Shown here one piece after another: positions 10,701 to 20,220 of a stretch of DNA of 32,000 nucleotides. A program made the position numbers and the translations under genes. The stretch's first letter is position 1. The number at the start of each line of letters is the position of its first letter. This DNA is from Candidatus Kuenenia stuttgartensis (lineage in GTDB: Bacteria; Planctomycetota; Brocadiia; Brocadiales; Brocadiaceae): contig NZ_LT934425.1 of NCBI RefSeq assembly GCF_900232105.1, positions 1,560,001-1,592,000 of the forward strand, read 5' to 3'. Below the pieces are notes generated by a model. The model did not search any database. It was not told where the DNA came from and saw only the letters and a program-made list of their open reading frames with translations.

Positions 10701-10710
10701 GCAAATAAAA

Positions 10711-11733
10711 ATGACTCAAAACTTTAGTGCAAAAAATATTACTGTCATTGGAAATGGTGGCTGGGGAACTGCTCTCGCCATTTTATTATACAATAAAGGC
10801 AATAAAATCGGTCTTTGGGGACATGACAAGTCTTACACTGATTATTTAAACGAAAAAAGGGAAAACACAAAATATTTAAAAGGCATTATCATCCCACCGG
10901 ATATTGCTATTACTTCTGAAATTACCGCCACATTAATGGATACGCAATTTATTCTATCCGCGACTCCCACTCCTTATTTGCGTTCAGTGCTGCTTAAATT
11001 TAAGGAGGTATTTGTCAATAAAACTCCCATCATTAGTATCACAAAAGGGATCGAAAACGAAACACTCATGCGGCCAAGCGAAATTATCCGCGATGTACTA
11101 GGAGACCCGCCGGTATCTTTGCTTTTGGGACCTAGTCATGCAGAAGAGGTTGCCCATGGCTTGCCAACTACTATTGTTGCATCTTCAAATGATTTATCTT
11201 TAGCACAAACCGTACAGGAACTTTTTACAACTGATCGGTTTAGGGTTTATACGAATACGGATATAATTGGTGTAGAAATAGGAGCTGCCCTGAAAAATGT
11301 GATTGCAATTGCCGCCGGCATATGCGACGGATTAAGTCTGGGAGACACTACAAAAGCGGCGCTAATCACCCGCGGTTTAGCGGAAATAAGCCGTCTTGGC
11401 ACTGCTATGGGTGCAAAAAAAATAACCTTTTCAGGGCTTTCCGGACTGGGCGATTTAATAACTACCTGTATCAGCCCTTATGGAAGAAACAGATGGGTGG
11501 GAGAACAAATCGGCAAAGGAAAGATGTTGGAGGAAATATTACGTGATATGAAGCAAATTGCGGAAGGGGTGTGGACAACTAAATCGGTTATCGAACTTTC
11601 AAAGAAATACCGTATTGAAATGCCGATTACCCATGAAATTTATTCCGTGTTGTTCTCTGGGAAAAAACCATTGGAGGCGCTCAACAACCTAATGCTGCGC
11701 ACCCCAAAATCAGAGATAGAAGAAATTTATTAA
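10711..11733 (+). CDS. gpsA: Glycerol-3-phosphate dehydrogenase [NAD(P)+]
   Basis: Track ORF 10663..11733, but that start lies upstream of the terminator stem and would translate it. MTQNFSAKNITVIGNGGWGTALA at 10711 is more likely. SATPTPYLRSVL, GPSHAEEV, KNVIAIAAGICDGL, GLGDLITT motifs. Confidence 0.92.
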   Translation: MTQNFSAKNITVIGNGGWGTALAILLYNKGNKIGLWGHDKSYTDYLNEKRENTKYLKGIIIPPDIAITSEITATLMDTQFILSATPTPYLRSVLLKFKEVFVNKTPIISITKGIENETLMRPSEIIRDVLGDPPVSLLLGPSHAEEVAHGLPTTIVASSNDLSLAQTVQELFTTDRFRVYTNTDIIGVEIGAALKNVIAIAAGICDGLSLGDTTKAALITRGLAEISRLGTAMGAKKITFSGLSGLGDLITTCISPYGRNRWVGEQIGKGKMLEEILRDMKQIAEGVWTTKSVIELSKKYRIEMPITHEIYSVLFSGKKPLEALNNLMLRTPKSEIEEIY

Positions 11734-11792
11734 AATAAGGCATTAAAATATTTGTAAAAACCCTCCTAACATTTTTAAGACGTTCCATTAAC

Positions 11793-11834
11793 AAAAAAAT
11801 CCTGGCGATACGCACAGTCCGCCAGGATTTTTTT
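11793..11834. terminator. Bidirectional rho-independent terminator between gpsA (+) and the convergent minus-strand nxr cluster
   Basis: 15-bp perfect stem AAAAAAATCCTGGCG (11793-11807) / CGCCAGGATTTTTTT (11820-11834), 12-nt loop; A tract on one side and T tract on the other. Confidence 0.88.
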
Positions 11835-11849
11835 GATGTATAAAGTTGC

Positions 11850-12578
11850 TTATCTTCTTCTGGCTAATTGGAAATCTATCGTAGCAGTTTTTCCTGTCTC
11901 TACCGTGACCTCTTGTGATAATTCTTTGAGTTTTTCATGCCAGGTCTTCACCGTATATTTTCCGGGAGGAATATTATTGATGGTATAATTCCCTTCCTTG
12001 TCAGTCATAGCGAAATAAGGATTTGCCAGTGAAAGAACATAACCCGCCATTTCCGCGTGCACATTGCAAAGAAGTGGTGTTTCTCCCAAAACATCAAATT
12101 TCACTTCTTTTATAACGCCCGTTGGGTATGTACCCAGATTAAACTGTAACGCCGCGGTCGGTGGAGAAAAGACATTGTGGCGAACCGCATCACTATTGGG
12201 GAAATCCACTACTGTACCCTTTTGCAAAGCCACAACCCTTGGCACATACGTTAGGTTAAGCTGATCAACAACCGCATGTTCAGTCGGTGGTGGGAAATCA
12301 TTATTGTCGACTTTTTCAAGGAAAACGACGACATTCTCATTTGTCCTTTCCCTTTTACATGTTACTTTCCCTGTAATAGAACCACCGTTCTCAATCTTTG
12401 GGATATTTTGAACCACCCTCTTCAATTTTTGTTGCGCTTCTTCCAATTTCTTCAGGGCATCTGCTGCCTCCTCGGCACTTAAAGCTGCTTTTTCTTCTGC
12501 ATAGAGAGTTTTCAATACATTTGGCATTGATACTGCAAACATCATCGCAAGAATACCAGAAATTAAAATTCTTTTCAT
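11850..12578 (-). CDS. Exported cupredoxin-like / carboxypeptidase-regulatory-like domain protein at the distal end of the nxr cluster
   Basis: Track ORF to 12641; likely start MKRILISGILAMMF at 12578 after a GGAGGAAGG SD. Possible Cu ligands in RHNVFSPP ... CNVHAEMAGYV, then PYFAMTDKEGNYTINNIPPGKYTVKTWHEKL. Paralogous to 30791..31534. Confidence 0.75.
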   Translation of the reverse strand: MKRILISGILAMMFAVSMPNVLKTLYAEEKAALSAEEAADALKKLEEAQQKLKRVVQNIPKIENGGSITGKVTCKRERTNENVVVFLEKVDNNDFPPPTEHAVVDQLNLTYVPRVVALQKGTVVDFPNSDAVRHNVFSPPTAALQFNLGTYPTGVIKEVKFDVLGETPLLCNVHAEMAGYVLSLANPYFAMTDKEGNYTINNIPPGKYTVKTWHEKLKELSQEVTVETGKTATIDFQLARRR

Positions 12579-12620
12579 AAGCCTTCGCCTTCCTCCATTT
12601 GAAAATTTACATAAAATTAC

Positions 12621-12666
12621 ACGAGCTAACAAATGTATCAACTTAAGTCAACATTTGTTAGCTCGT
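12621..12666. repeat. Perfect 16-bp inverted repeat with 14-nt loop between nxrA and the downstream cupredoxin gene
   Basis: ACGAGCTAACAAATGT (12621-12636) / ACATTTGTTAGCTCGT (12651-12666). The loop contains the 8-nt palindrome ACTTAAGT. Confidence 0.95.
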
Positions 12667-12693
12667 TATCACTATCGCTTTATATCTAAAAAA

Positions 12694-15600
12694 TTATGCA
12701 TCAACCTTTATTAATTCACCATTCAAAAACTTCTTCATGAAATCATTCTCATTGCCGGCAGTGTATCCGGTTTTAACAGGATCCCAAACACCTTTTCCTC
12801 CCATGCCACCATTCTCAGCCTTTGTGATCTTTACCAATGTTTCCTTTGGCACGGTATTAATACAATGATTATCCGCTTCGAAACCAAAAATAAACTTCAT
12901 CCCGATTTTAGCCTTATGGAAAAGGCTATCCAACTGGTGCATTGGCATCGACCAATCTCTTGTAATACTCTGCTGTGAACCGTAGCGGAAGCTGGACTGA
13001 TAACCGCTCGGAGACAACGCCCTACCATCCGGTCTTGTCTCATGCGCTTGTACCGTTTTGTCGGAAGAAATCCAGGCAGAATGTTTCATCATCGTACAAT
13101 TATACGGGTATGCAGGGTTGTACTTCGCCCTCAACATAAGCCTAGATACCTTATAAAAAGAATCGTTTGGCTTCCATCCTTCATATGGTCTGTCGGCAGG
13201 GTTTGCATCAACATAAACATAGTCTCCGTCCTCAATCCCTAAATCTCTTGCGGCCTGAGGATGAATATGTATTTGATGTTCACCGACACCAGGCATTCTC
13301 TTATCCATCCTGTACGGATCTCCGAAGTTATTGTTCCAGATAAAGTTCCAATCCGTAACTGCCCACTGCGAATGCACGGTATGCCTTGATTTTGGAGTCA
13401 CGCAGTAGAAGTGATACCCTTTTTCCCACAGGAAATTCTTAGTCTTCTTTGTCTCTTCCCATGATTTCTTGATATTCCTGACAGTCCTATCCTCCCAGTA
13501 TTCAGCATTTTCCGGGATGCCATAGTCATCCGGCCGAATATAAGGATTCGTACTCACAATCGCATTTGGTAAATATGGCGTAGCTTCAGGTCCTTCGCGA
13601 TGGACAATAAAGTTTTCTCCATATTCAATAATTTCAGGCTCATCATTATAAGCCTGTAGCCTTCCAGTTGGGGTATAAAATGGCAAGCTCTCGTGTACCT
13701 GTTCCCAGAATGGATGTCTCGGATATGTCCGGAATAACAGCATCGCCACACCCGGTTCTCCATACTTTCCGTTCAATATATCCTCGCATGTGTATCCCTT
13801 CATGGTCGTGCTACCATCGAGCAATCTGTTGATATACACACTCGCTCTTCCTTCAATGGCAAATTTCCAATTGTCTTCAAATCTCTTATCTCTTAGCAAT
13901 TCACCCAATTTCGACGCCATACCCGCAAGTATTTTCACATCATCTTTTGATTCATACACAGGAGTGATACCCGTTTTCCCCCATATTTGAATAAAAGGAT
14001 TTGAACAGGAATTGGTGATTTCAAATTCCTGGAATTCAACCCATGAATTTGCCGGAAACGCAAAGTCCGCGTATTCTATCGAACCTGTTATCTCAATATC
14101 GGTTGACATAATCTGTTCAATGTTTGGATTAACATTCTTCAACATTTGATAGACATGCTTCGCATTATTGATAAGATTTACGTTGGTAAACCAGAGAACC
14201 TTAGTTGGCGAAGGCATGTGCGTTTTTCCGGTAAACACCTTACGCCCATATTTTGGAGTATTCACAATCAAAGGCCTTTCACTGTGATTCCAATAGGCAA
14301 CTTCTTCATCCAGGGCACGCCCTTTAATATTTAAATCTTTCGCAGATGCATATGGGTCTAAATTTGGTTTAAACACATCTTCCGCTACCCACCCATAAAA
14401 CCCTGGGCCACTCCATTTAGAAGCCTGAAAGTTGCCAGCTTTATAATTTCCTGCCCACGTATGTGAACCAGACCCAAAGTATCCAACATTGCCCGTTAAC
14501 ATTACCGGTAAATAGTAAGACCTGTTCATCAACGTTGCATGGAAATAGTGATTTACACCTTCCCCGTAATGGATTGCAACAGGTTTTATCGTGGCAATGT
14601 CTTTCGCCAGCCTTTCGATCAGATCTTTAGGAGAATTGGTCATGCTAACCACAGAATCAATATCATAATCCCGAAGATGTATCTTATACATTTCGAGCAG
14701 CGTCATTACCTCGATTTCTTTTCCATCGATGGTTTTCAACTTAAACGAACCTTCCAAAACAGGATCTATACCTTTTTTAACCAACGTCTCACCAACATCG
14801 TCCCGTGTTATAGCTTTTGGACCTTTTGATTTTGCATCCCAGACAACAAAATCTCCGATTATCTCCCTTTGTTCATCCTTCAGACCTTGAATATGATAAC
14901 TCGGTCCATCGGAAATATCCTGTAATTTGTAATTCGGAATAATATCTTTTGGAGAAACCCTCTTTAAAGTATCAGTCCTTATCAGCAACGGGAAGTCGGT
15001 AAACTTCTTTACATAATCGGCATCATACCATTTGTTGTCAATAAGTATTTTTGTAATACCGAGGAACAGCGCAGTATCGGTGTTGTTCCGAATAGGAATC
15101 CAGTAATCCGCCTTTTGAGCTGAAGGACTATACTCAGGGGTAATAACAACAATCTTTCCACCCCTCTCCATTACCTCTGTGACCCAATGTGCTTCCGGCA
15201 TCTTGTTTTCTATTAAGTTCTTTCCTGTTTGGATCAACAACTTTGAAAAGCGGACGTCGTTCATATCAACATCCGAAGTCTGCAGGCCGTGAGAAAAAGG
15301 ATGTCCTGGAGCCTGGTCACCATGCCATGTATAGTTCGACCAGTTTCTGCCGCCTAATGCCTGGTCAGGACCAACGCCCCGGTTATGTGCATCTACAATG
15401 GCAAGGCAATTATTAAACCGATACATTCCATATTTTCCAATTACCCCAAGAAGACCCATGCCACCACGTCCTTTGAATGTACGTGTGCCGGCGCCCTGCA
15501 TCCTGTCAACCATCTCCTTTGGATACCCCTGGTCAATAAGTTTTTGCGCGCCTTCCGGGCCGCTGTATTTTTTCGTAATATGGATTATGCCCTTTGACGC

Positions 15601-16140
15601 ATAGGTAAAGGCTTCATCCCAAGATGCCCTTAATAATTCATCATTGCCCCTGTTGTCAAACATATACTTCGTCTTGTTCTCCGGCGTCAGTTCCGGAAAA
15701 CCGTCATCCGCCCATCGCTTCCACCCTTTTCGAATCAAAGGGTATCTAAGCCGGTATGGACCGTAAACTCGCCTATGAAACGTGTACCCCTTTAAACACA
15801 TCCTCGGATTCCAGTTCCTTGTCGCCTTGTTTCCATACAAATCGCTATAATTCTGGTGGTCATAGTTTTGTTCAACCCTCATCATTACATTGTTTCTAAC
15901 AAATGCTCGTATTCTGCATGCATGTGTGTCATTCGGAGAACAACAATAAGTAAATGTACGGTCATACTGATACTGATCTCTGTATACACTTTCCCATCTT
16001 CGGTCGGGATAGGTATCTAAAGGATTATCTACCACGACTGCAGGCTTTAGCAACCTGAACGCCATTGCATTCTTAGCAAGCGTCAGGGTCGCTCCGGTTG
16101 CACCGGCTACCTGTAGGAAAGCCCTCCTAGTTAGCTTCAT
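12694..16140 (-). CDS. nxrA: Nitrite oxidoreductase alpha (catalytic, Mo-bisPGD) subunit, type II DMSO reductase family, Tat-exported
   Basis: 1148 aa; Tat signal (MKLTRRAFLQVAGATGATLTL), N-terminal Fe-S region CCSPNDTHAC...RMCLKGYTFHRRVYGPYRLRYPL, GLLGVIGKYGMYRFNN, AKQNPYNYP-type C-terminal molybdopterin-binding region; syntenic with nxrB, nxrC and a TorD-like chaperone. Confidence 0.93.
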   Translation of the reverse strand: MKLTRRAFLQVAGATGATLTLAKNAMAFRLLKPAVVVDNPLDTYPDRRWESVYRDQYQYDRTFTYCCSPNDTHACRIRAFVRNNVMMRVEQNYDHQNYSDLYGNKATRNWNPRMCLKGYTFHRRVYGPYRLRYPLIRKGWKRWADDGFPELTPENKTKYMFDNRGNDELLRASWDEAFTYASKGIIHITKKYSGPEGAQKLIDQGYPKEMVDRMQGAGTRTFKGRGGMGLLGVIGKYGMYRFNNCLAIVDAHNRGVGPDQALGGRNWSNYTWHGDQAPGHPFSHGLQTSDVDMNDVRFSKLLIQTGKNLIENKMPEAHWVTEVMERGGKIVVITPEYSPSAQKADYWIPIRNNTDTALFLGITKILIDNKWYDADYVKKFTDFPLLIRTDTLKRVSPKDIIPNYKLQDISDGPSYHIQGLKDEQREIIGDFVVWDAKSKGPKAITRDDVGETLVKKGIDPVLEGSFKLKTIDGKEIEVMTLLEMYKIHLRDYDIDSVVSMTNSPKDLIERLAKDIATIKPVAIHYGEGVNHYFHATLMNRSYYLPVMLTGNVGYFGSGSHTWAGNYKAGNFQASKWSGPGFYGWVAEDVFKPNLDPYASAKDLNIKGRALDEEVAYWNHSERPLIVNTPKYGRKVFTGKTHMPSPTKVLWFTNVNLINNAKHVYQMLKNVNPNIEQIMSTDIEITGSIEYADFAFPANSWVEFQEFEITNSCSNPFIQIWGKTGITPVYESKDDVKILAGMASKLGELLRDKRFEDNWKFAIEGRASVYINRLLDGSTTMKGYTCEDILNGKYGEPGVAMLLFRTYPRHPFWEQVHESLPFYTPTGRLQAYNDEPEIIEYGENFIVHREGPEATPYLPNAIVSTNPYIRPDDYGIPENAEYWEDRTVRNIKKSWEETKKTKNFLWEKGYHFYCVTPKSRHTVHSQWAVTDWNFIWNNNFGDPYRMDKRMPGVGEHQIHIHPQAARDLGIEDGDYVYVDANPADRPYEGWKPNDSFYKVSRLMLRAKYNPAYPYNCTMMKHSAWISSDKTVQAHETRPDGRALSPSGYQSSFRYGSQQSITRDWSMPMHQLDSLFHKAKIGMKFIFGFEADNHCINTVPKETLVKITKAENGGMGGKGVWDPVKTGYTAGNENDFMKKFLNGELIKVDA

Positions 16141-16185
16141 AATTTCCTACTCCTTTCTAAAAAACATTTAATAGTAATACAAAAG

Positions 16186-17157
16186 TTATATAATGTGATG
16201 AGAAATCGCTTTTCTCGATTTATACATTTCAACACATCGGTCACAAGCTCCATCTTCCGCTGACCAGTTGGGAAAGTCCTGCCTTATATCTTGAACCGTT
16301 TCTATGTCTTCTTCAAGATTTTCGACCCATTTGTATGTCCTAAACTGGCACAAGGGGCAAAGAGCGCCTGGCAAAAGAATTTTTTTCTTCTGTCTTAGAT
16401 TTTCAGGAATTTTGTCATCAGATAATCTCAGAACTTTATTAACATCATCTGCCAATTCCAATATCTTTCCGTGTGTGAGGTTTTCATCATTCCAGAGTAC
16501 ATCAAAAATCGCCTTTTTTTCCTCTTCAGAGAACCCCATATAGAGGGCAGAAAATTCTTCAAATCTGCTTTCCCTACTACCAATAGTCTCTTTGCCATCC
16601 TTCAATATGCGGCTATCTACATAAATATCCCAAAAAGTGCTGTATCGCTCCGTTACAATGCACTGTTCCATAGGATTTCCCCCCAGAAACTCACTTCTAT
16701 AACCAAACGCATCGCTTAACATATCAAGTATGTGCATTATTTCGTGCCGCAAAAATTTCTCCAGAAAAATATGATCACGAAAACGCTCCGCCAAAAGCTT
16801 TACTTTCATCCTTTTTTTTGCATTTTTCCGATTCAAATCACTTACAAGGTCAGACCCTTCATCATGCTTGCTTTTTGCTTTCACTATTACTGCACCAGCC
16901 ATTAAGTCCTCTAACTCTTTAAATTCATCAAGCGCCTTTTCCACCAGCGCAACAAATCCTAGCTTGTGAAAGAAATCCCACTCCACTTTTCTGAACTGTA
17001 TTGGTCGTTCTTCAAGAGAAAAATCCTCGTATATAGGATCAACCCGAAGATGATATTCCTCTGAAAGCTTTGTATCCCCTTGTTCTTCCTTCGCCCTAAT
17101 CGCAGTGAATACAACCTCTTCAATCAAACCGGGGTCAAACTCAAGCTTCATCATCAA
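16186..17157 (-). CDS. Uncharacterised protein with zincin-like HExxH motif and C-terminal CPLC...CDRC putative metal site, inside the nxrCBA block
   Basis: 323 aa; LEKFLRHEIMHILDMLSDAFGYRSEF and LLPGALCPLCQFRTYKW...AEDGACDRCVEMYK. No export signal; 4-nt overlap with the chaperone gene. Confidence 0.8.
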   Translation of the reverse strand: MMMKLEFDPGLIEEVVFTAIRAKEEQGDTKLSEEYHLRVDPIYEDFSLEERPIQFRKVEWDFFHKLGFVALVEKALDEFKELEDLMAGAVIVKAKSKHDEGSDLVSDLNRKNAKKRMKVKLLAERFRDHIFLEKFLRHEIMHILDMLSDAFGYRSEFLGGNPMEQCIVTERYSTFWDIYVDSRILKDGKETIGSRESRFEEFSALYMGFSEEEKKAIFDVLWNDENLTHGKILELADDVNKVLRLSDDKIPENLRQKKKILLPGALCPLCQFRTYKWVENLEEDIETVQDIRQDFPNWSAEDGACDRCVEMYKSRKAISHHII

Positions 17158-17963
17158 TTATCTCCCATCTCGTCAACAGAAGAAGCGCACGATAAACATT
17201 CATCAGGAGCCCCTGCTACAACATCCTGATTTAGATCTGACTCTGTGAATGTTTCGGTCTGAACGCCCAACAAGTCCATTTCTAACTTTATAAACTCCTT
17301 CATTACTTCAGAAATGGCAAAATAAAAACCGTCTATAGATTTTCTCCCGAAAAGAAGGGCAAAAAGAGGTATCCATTTACCTGCATGTTCTTTTAAAAAT
17401 TTTTTCTGAGCATCCAGGCAAATTTCAGCCTCTTCATTTCCATGATTTTCTATTGCATACGCTTGTTTATAAAGAAGAAATTGCAGAAACTCTAATTCCA
17501 CGCTGATATGATCACAGCGTTCTTTTTCTTCTTCAGAAATATCCAGACCAAACGCACGGTAAAACCCTTGTATGTCCGCTAAATCCTGCACCTGCTGAAA
17601 CACATGAGCAGCACCATATTGACCCTCATACAGAGGACAATCCTTCGATATGGTATGCCCAACTATGCGATTATATATCCGTTGTAATTTTTCTATGTCC
17701 GCTGTACTATAGAACTCCTGTACATTTTTTAAAGATTCCAACATCGCCGTCAAACTATCACCTTCCGTGTAACATCCTTTGATCTTATCCACAAGTTCAT
17801 TAAAATCCTCGCCCTCTAAAACGGAAAGTTTTTTTTCTTCAGGAAATAGATAGCATGTTGACAATACCTGATACAAAGCACTTCTCGCCAGCAAATTCCC
17901 GACTTCTGCAACTTGGTCAGTTTCCTGTAGATCACTATTATTCACAACCATAAAATACCTCAA
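17154..17963 (-). CDS. TorD/NarJ/DmsD-like molybdoenzyme maturation chaperone
   Basis: 269 aa; all-helical TorD-like layout (LLARSALYQVLSTCYLFPE, CDHISVELEFLQFLLYKQAYA), located between nxrA and nxrB. Confidence 0.8.
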   Translation of the reverse strand: MRYFMVVNNSDLQETDQVAEVGNLLARSALYQVLSTCYLFPEEKKLSVLEGEDFNELVDKIKGCYTEGDSLTAMLESLKNVQEFYSTADIEKLQRIYNRIVGHTISKDCPLYEGQYGAAHVFQQVQDLADIQGFYRAFGLDISEEEKERCDHISVELEFLQFLLYKQAYAIENHGNEEAEICLDAQKKFLKEHAGKWIPLFALLFGRKSIDGFYFAISEVMKEFIKLEMDLLGVQTETFTESDLNQDVVAGAPDECLSCASSVDEMGDN

Positions 17964-17965
17964 AA

Positions 17966-19198
17966 TTAAATCGAGTTATAATGCTTATCGGGTCTAATGT
18001 GTATCGGTTCTTCCACCGTAGTTCGTACCACTTCCTTGCCATCTTCGCCAAATCCAATTACCGTGTCATTATACATCGTAAATTTTTTACCGTGGATCTC
18101 CGTCTCAAACACCTTCGGGCCTTCTTCGATCTTATATTCATACACAATTGTCTGAGTCATCCTGAACAATGACATTACCGCTAGCAATTCCCTTGAAGGC
18201 ACCATAAACTTTTCAATTGCCTCATCCACACCTGGCCCAAACATCTGTCTTAAATATGCCCTTGGAGCCCATCTTGGAGGAATATAATAAATGTTAGGTT
18301 CCGTGCCAAACTGTGGATACAGTGGCAGTGCTATCTTTTGATGTCTTATTAACCATGTAATCGGATTTTTCGGGTTGTCGTCAAGGAATCCCTGTAAACG
18401 TATTTGCCCAACACAAGCAGACATACATCTCGTTTCCATCGGACGTCCGTCCGTCAGTGAATCACGACCCTCAATTCTCGGATAACAGGCAATACACTTT
18501 TCACTAACCCTGGTCAAACCCCTATACATCGGCTTCTTATAAGGACACTGCTCCACACACTTCCTGTAGCCACGGCACCGTTTTTGGTCTATCAGCACAA
18601 TCCCATCTTCTTTTCTTTTGTAAATAGCCTTTCTGGGACAGGCCGCCAAACATCCGGGATAAGTACAATGATTACATATCCTCTGAAGGTAAAAAAACCA
18701 GCGGCTATGCTCCGGCAACGTTGAATATTCTCCCGGCTGATTGCTGCTCTTCGCTGTATCTTCTCCAAAATTCGGCGACCGCCACTCCTTGTCTTCCGGA
18801 ATATACCCCACTGCCCACTGGTTAATATTCTTCTTTTTTGCCACCTCGAAAATGGTATCCCCCTCATAGGTGCCATAAGGCGCTCCTGTACCATATTGCG
18901 AGGTCTCTTTGTCTTTATCATCTGTGTACCAAATGTTATCAGGACTATCAATCAACTTGAGCGTCTTAACATCCCATGATTGCGGAAATCCACCGTAAGG
19001 TTTTGTCTCGACGTTATTCCACCACATGAACTCCTGCCCTTTATTAAAAGTCCAGGTACTTTTACATGCCATGGTGCATGTTTGACATGCAATACACCTG
19101 TTAATATTAAACACGGCAGCAAATTGATGTTTCGGCCTGGATTCAAAATAGGGATACTCCATACGTCTCCCTAAATGCCAGTTATGTACAAGTGTCAT
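17966..19198 (-). CDS. nxrB: Nitrite oxidoreductase beta (Fe-S) subunit
   Basis: 410 aa; NarH/NxrB clusters NRCIACQTCTMACKSTWTFNKGQEFMWWNNVETKPYGGFPQ, CNHCTYPGCLAACPRKAIYKR, CRGYRKCVEQCPYKK, CIACYPRIEG...CMSACVGQIRLQG. Confidence 0.96.
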   Translation of the reverse strand: MTLVHNWHLGRRMEYPYFESRPKHQFAAVFNINRCIACQTCTMACKSTWTFNKGQEFMWWNNVETKPYGGFPQSWDVKTLKLIDSPDNIWYTDDKDKETSQYGTGAPYGTYEGDTIFEVAKKKNINQWAVGYIPEDKEWRSPNFGEDTAKSSNQPGEYSTLPEHSRWFFYLQRICNHCTYPGCLAACPRKAIYKRKEDGIVLIDQKRCRGYRKCVEQCPYKKPMYRGLTRVSEKCIACYPRIEGRDSLTDGRPMETRCMSACVGQIRLQGFLDDNPKNPITWLIRHQKIALPLYPQFGTEPNIYYIPPRWAPRAYLRQMFGPGVDEAIEKFMVPSRELLAVMSLFRMTQTIVYEYKIEEGPKVFETEIHGKKFTMYNDTVIGFGEDGKEVVRTTVEEPIHIRPDKHYNSI

Positions 19199-19251
19199 CT
19201 TCTAACTCTCCTTTCGATCAACAACACAAATCTAACATTTTTAAAATTTAT

Positions 19252-20220
19252 TTATTGCCATGCAATTCTTTCCAACGACAGCGGGTGCCATTGTATAGAA
19301 ATGTTTTTTTGCCCGTTTCTATCTTCTCTATCACCATTCCACACTGCCATATTGAAGTAAGTGCTTTCCCCCGGCACAAACTGAACATCCAGAGGATCTC
19401 CCGTATTTAACGACCGGCAAAACACCACAGTCCATTTCTTGTTTTCAAATTTACTGCACCCATCCACGTCCTGATGATCCTGTGACGTTAATGTACCAAA
19501 ACCTTCAGCATTTAAATCTTCAACGGCTCTACCCCGAGGCAAAGAAAGCAAATTATGAGCAGCATACCCACCTGACAATTCAGCAGCACTCTGTATCACT
19601 CCTTTATGATAATTTACACTGTGCGGGTTAGTACTGAAATCATCGTGCATGTTAGGATATCTCGCCGGACATTCCTCTATGCCACCAGTAGCTAGCAAAT
19701 CTGCTTCCCAGTCAGCCTTCCAATGCCACAAATTTACAGGCTTTTGCCTATCGCCCATTCTAGGGCTGAATGGCTCTTCCGGACTTATCGTAATCTTCCC
19801 CAAGGGAAACATTAGTGCAGCCCCATCTCTAAACTCTTGAGTTGCGATAGCCTGTTTATTATCGGTGGCATCGTCCCATATCACCTGGAAATAAATCGTA
19901 ATTCCATCGTGAATAGCCTTTATCTCTGCAGAATTCACCGAGCCCCCTCCGTTGGGAAACGCCTTATCTTGCTTTTGTAATTTAACCTGTACCCCTTCGG
20001 CATTTTTAAACGCACCTTCCAAAGCACCAACGGTGATATGCGCGGGGACATCAATTTGCATATATTTCACGTTCAAAACTTCTTTTGCCGGCGTAAGCTC
20101 TTCTTCCGCCACGCCTTTTACCCCTTCCGCTTCCTCCGCGATACATAGCGCAACGCTCAAAAACAAACATCCCAGGAGGGCTACACTACTACTCCCCAAT
20201 AAGCGATAAAATTTTTTCAT
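19252..20220 (-). CDS. nxrC: Nitrite oxidoreductase gamma subunit (heme b, EB_dh-type)
   Basis: 322 aa; Sec-type signal peptide; EB_dh-like ITIYFQVIWDDATDN...PFSPRMGDRQKPVNLWHWKADWEADL...VVFCRSLNT...FNMAVWNGDREDRNGQKNIS. Confidence 0.88.
   Translation of the reverse strand: MKKFYRLLGSSSVALLGCLFLSVALCIAEEAEGVKGVAEEELTPAKEVLNVKYMQIDVPAHITVGALEGAFKNAEGVQVKLQKQDKAFPNGGGSVNSAEIKAIHDGITIYFQVIWDDATDNKQAIATQEFRDGAALMFPLGKITISPEEPFSPRMGDRQKPVNLWHWKADWEADLLATGGIEECPARYPNMHDDFSTNPHSVNYHKGVIQSAAELSGGYAAHNLLSLPRGRAVEDLNAEGFGTLTSQDHQDVDGCSKFENKKWTVVFCRSLNTGDPLDVQFVPGESTYFNMAVWNGDREDRNGQKNISIQWHPLSLERIAWQ

Noticed and set aside
10663-10710. N-terminal extension MQQAGFNPACFYMQIK of gpsA in the ORF track
   Set aside because: Encoded by the glyA terminator hairpin; the GpsA fold starts after 10711.
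15189-15604. Overlapping plus-strand ORFs (75, 71 and 68 aa)
   Set aside because: Shadow ORFs inside nxrA; same reasoning for the other 60-100 aa plus-strand ORFs across 12-31 kb.
18592-19146. Minus-strand ORFs of 119 and 64 aa
   Set aside because: Same strand as nxrB but in a different reading frame and wholly within it; no domain signature.
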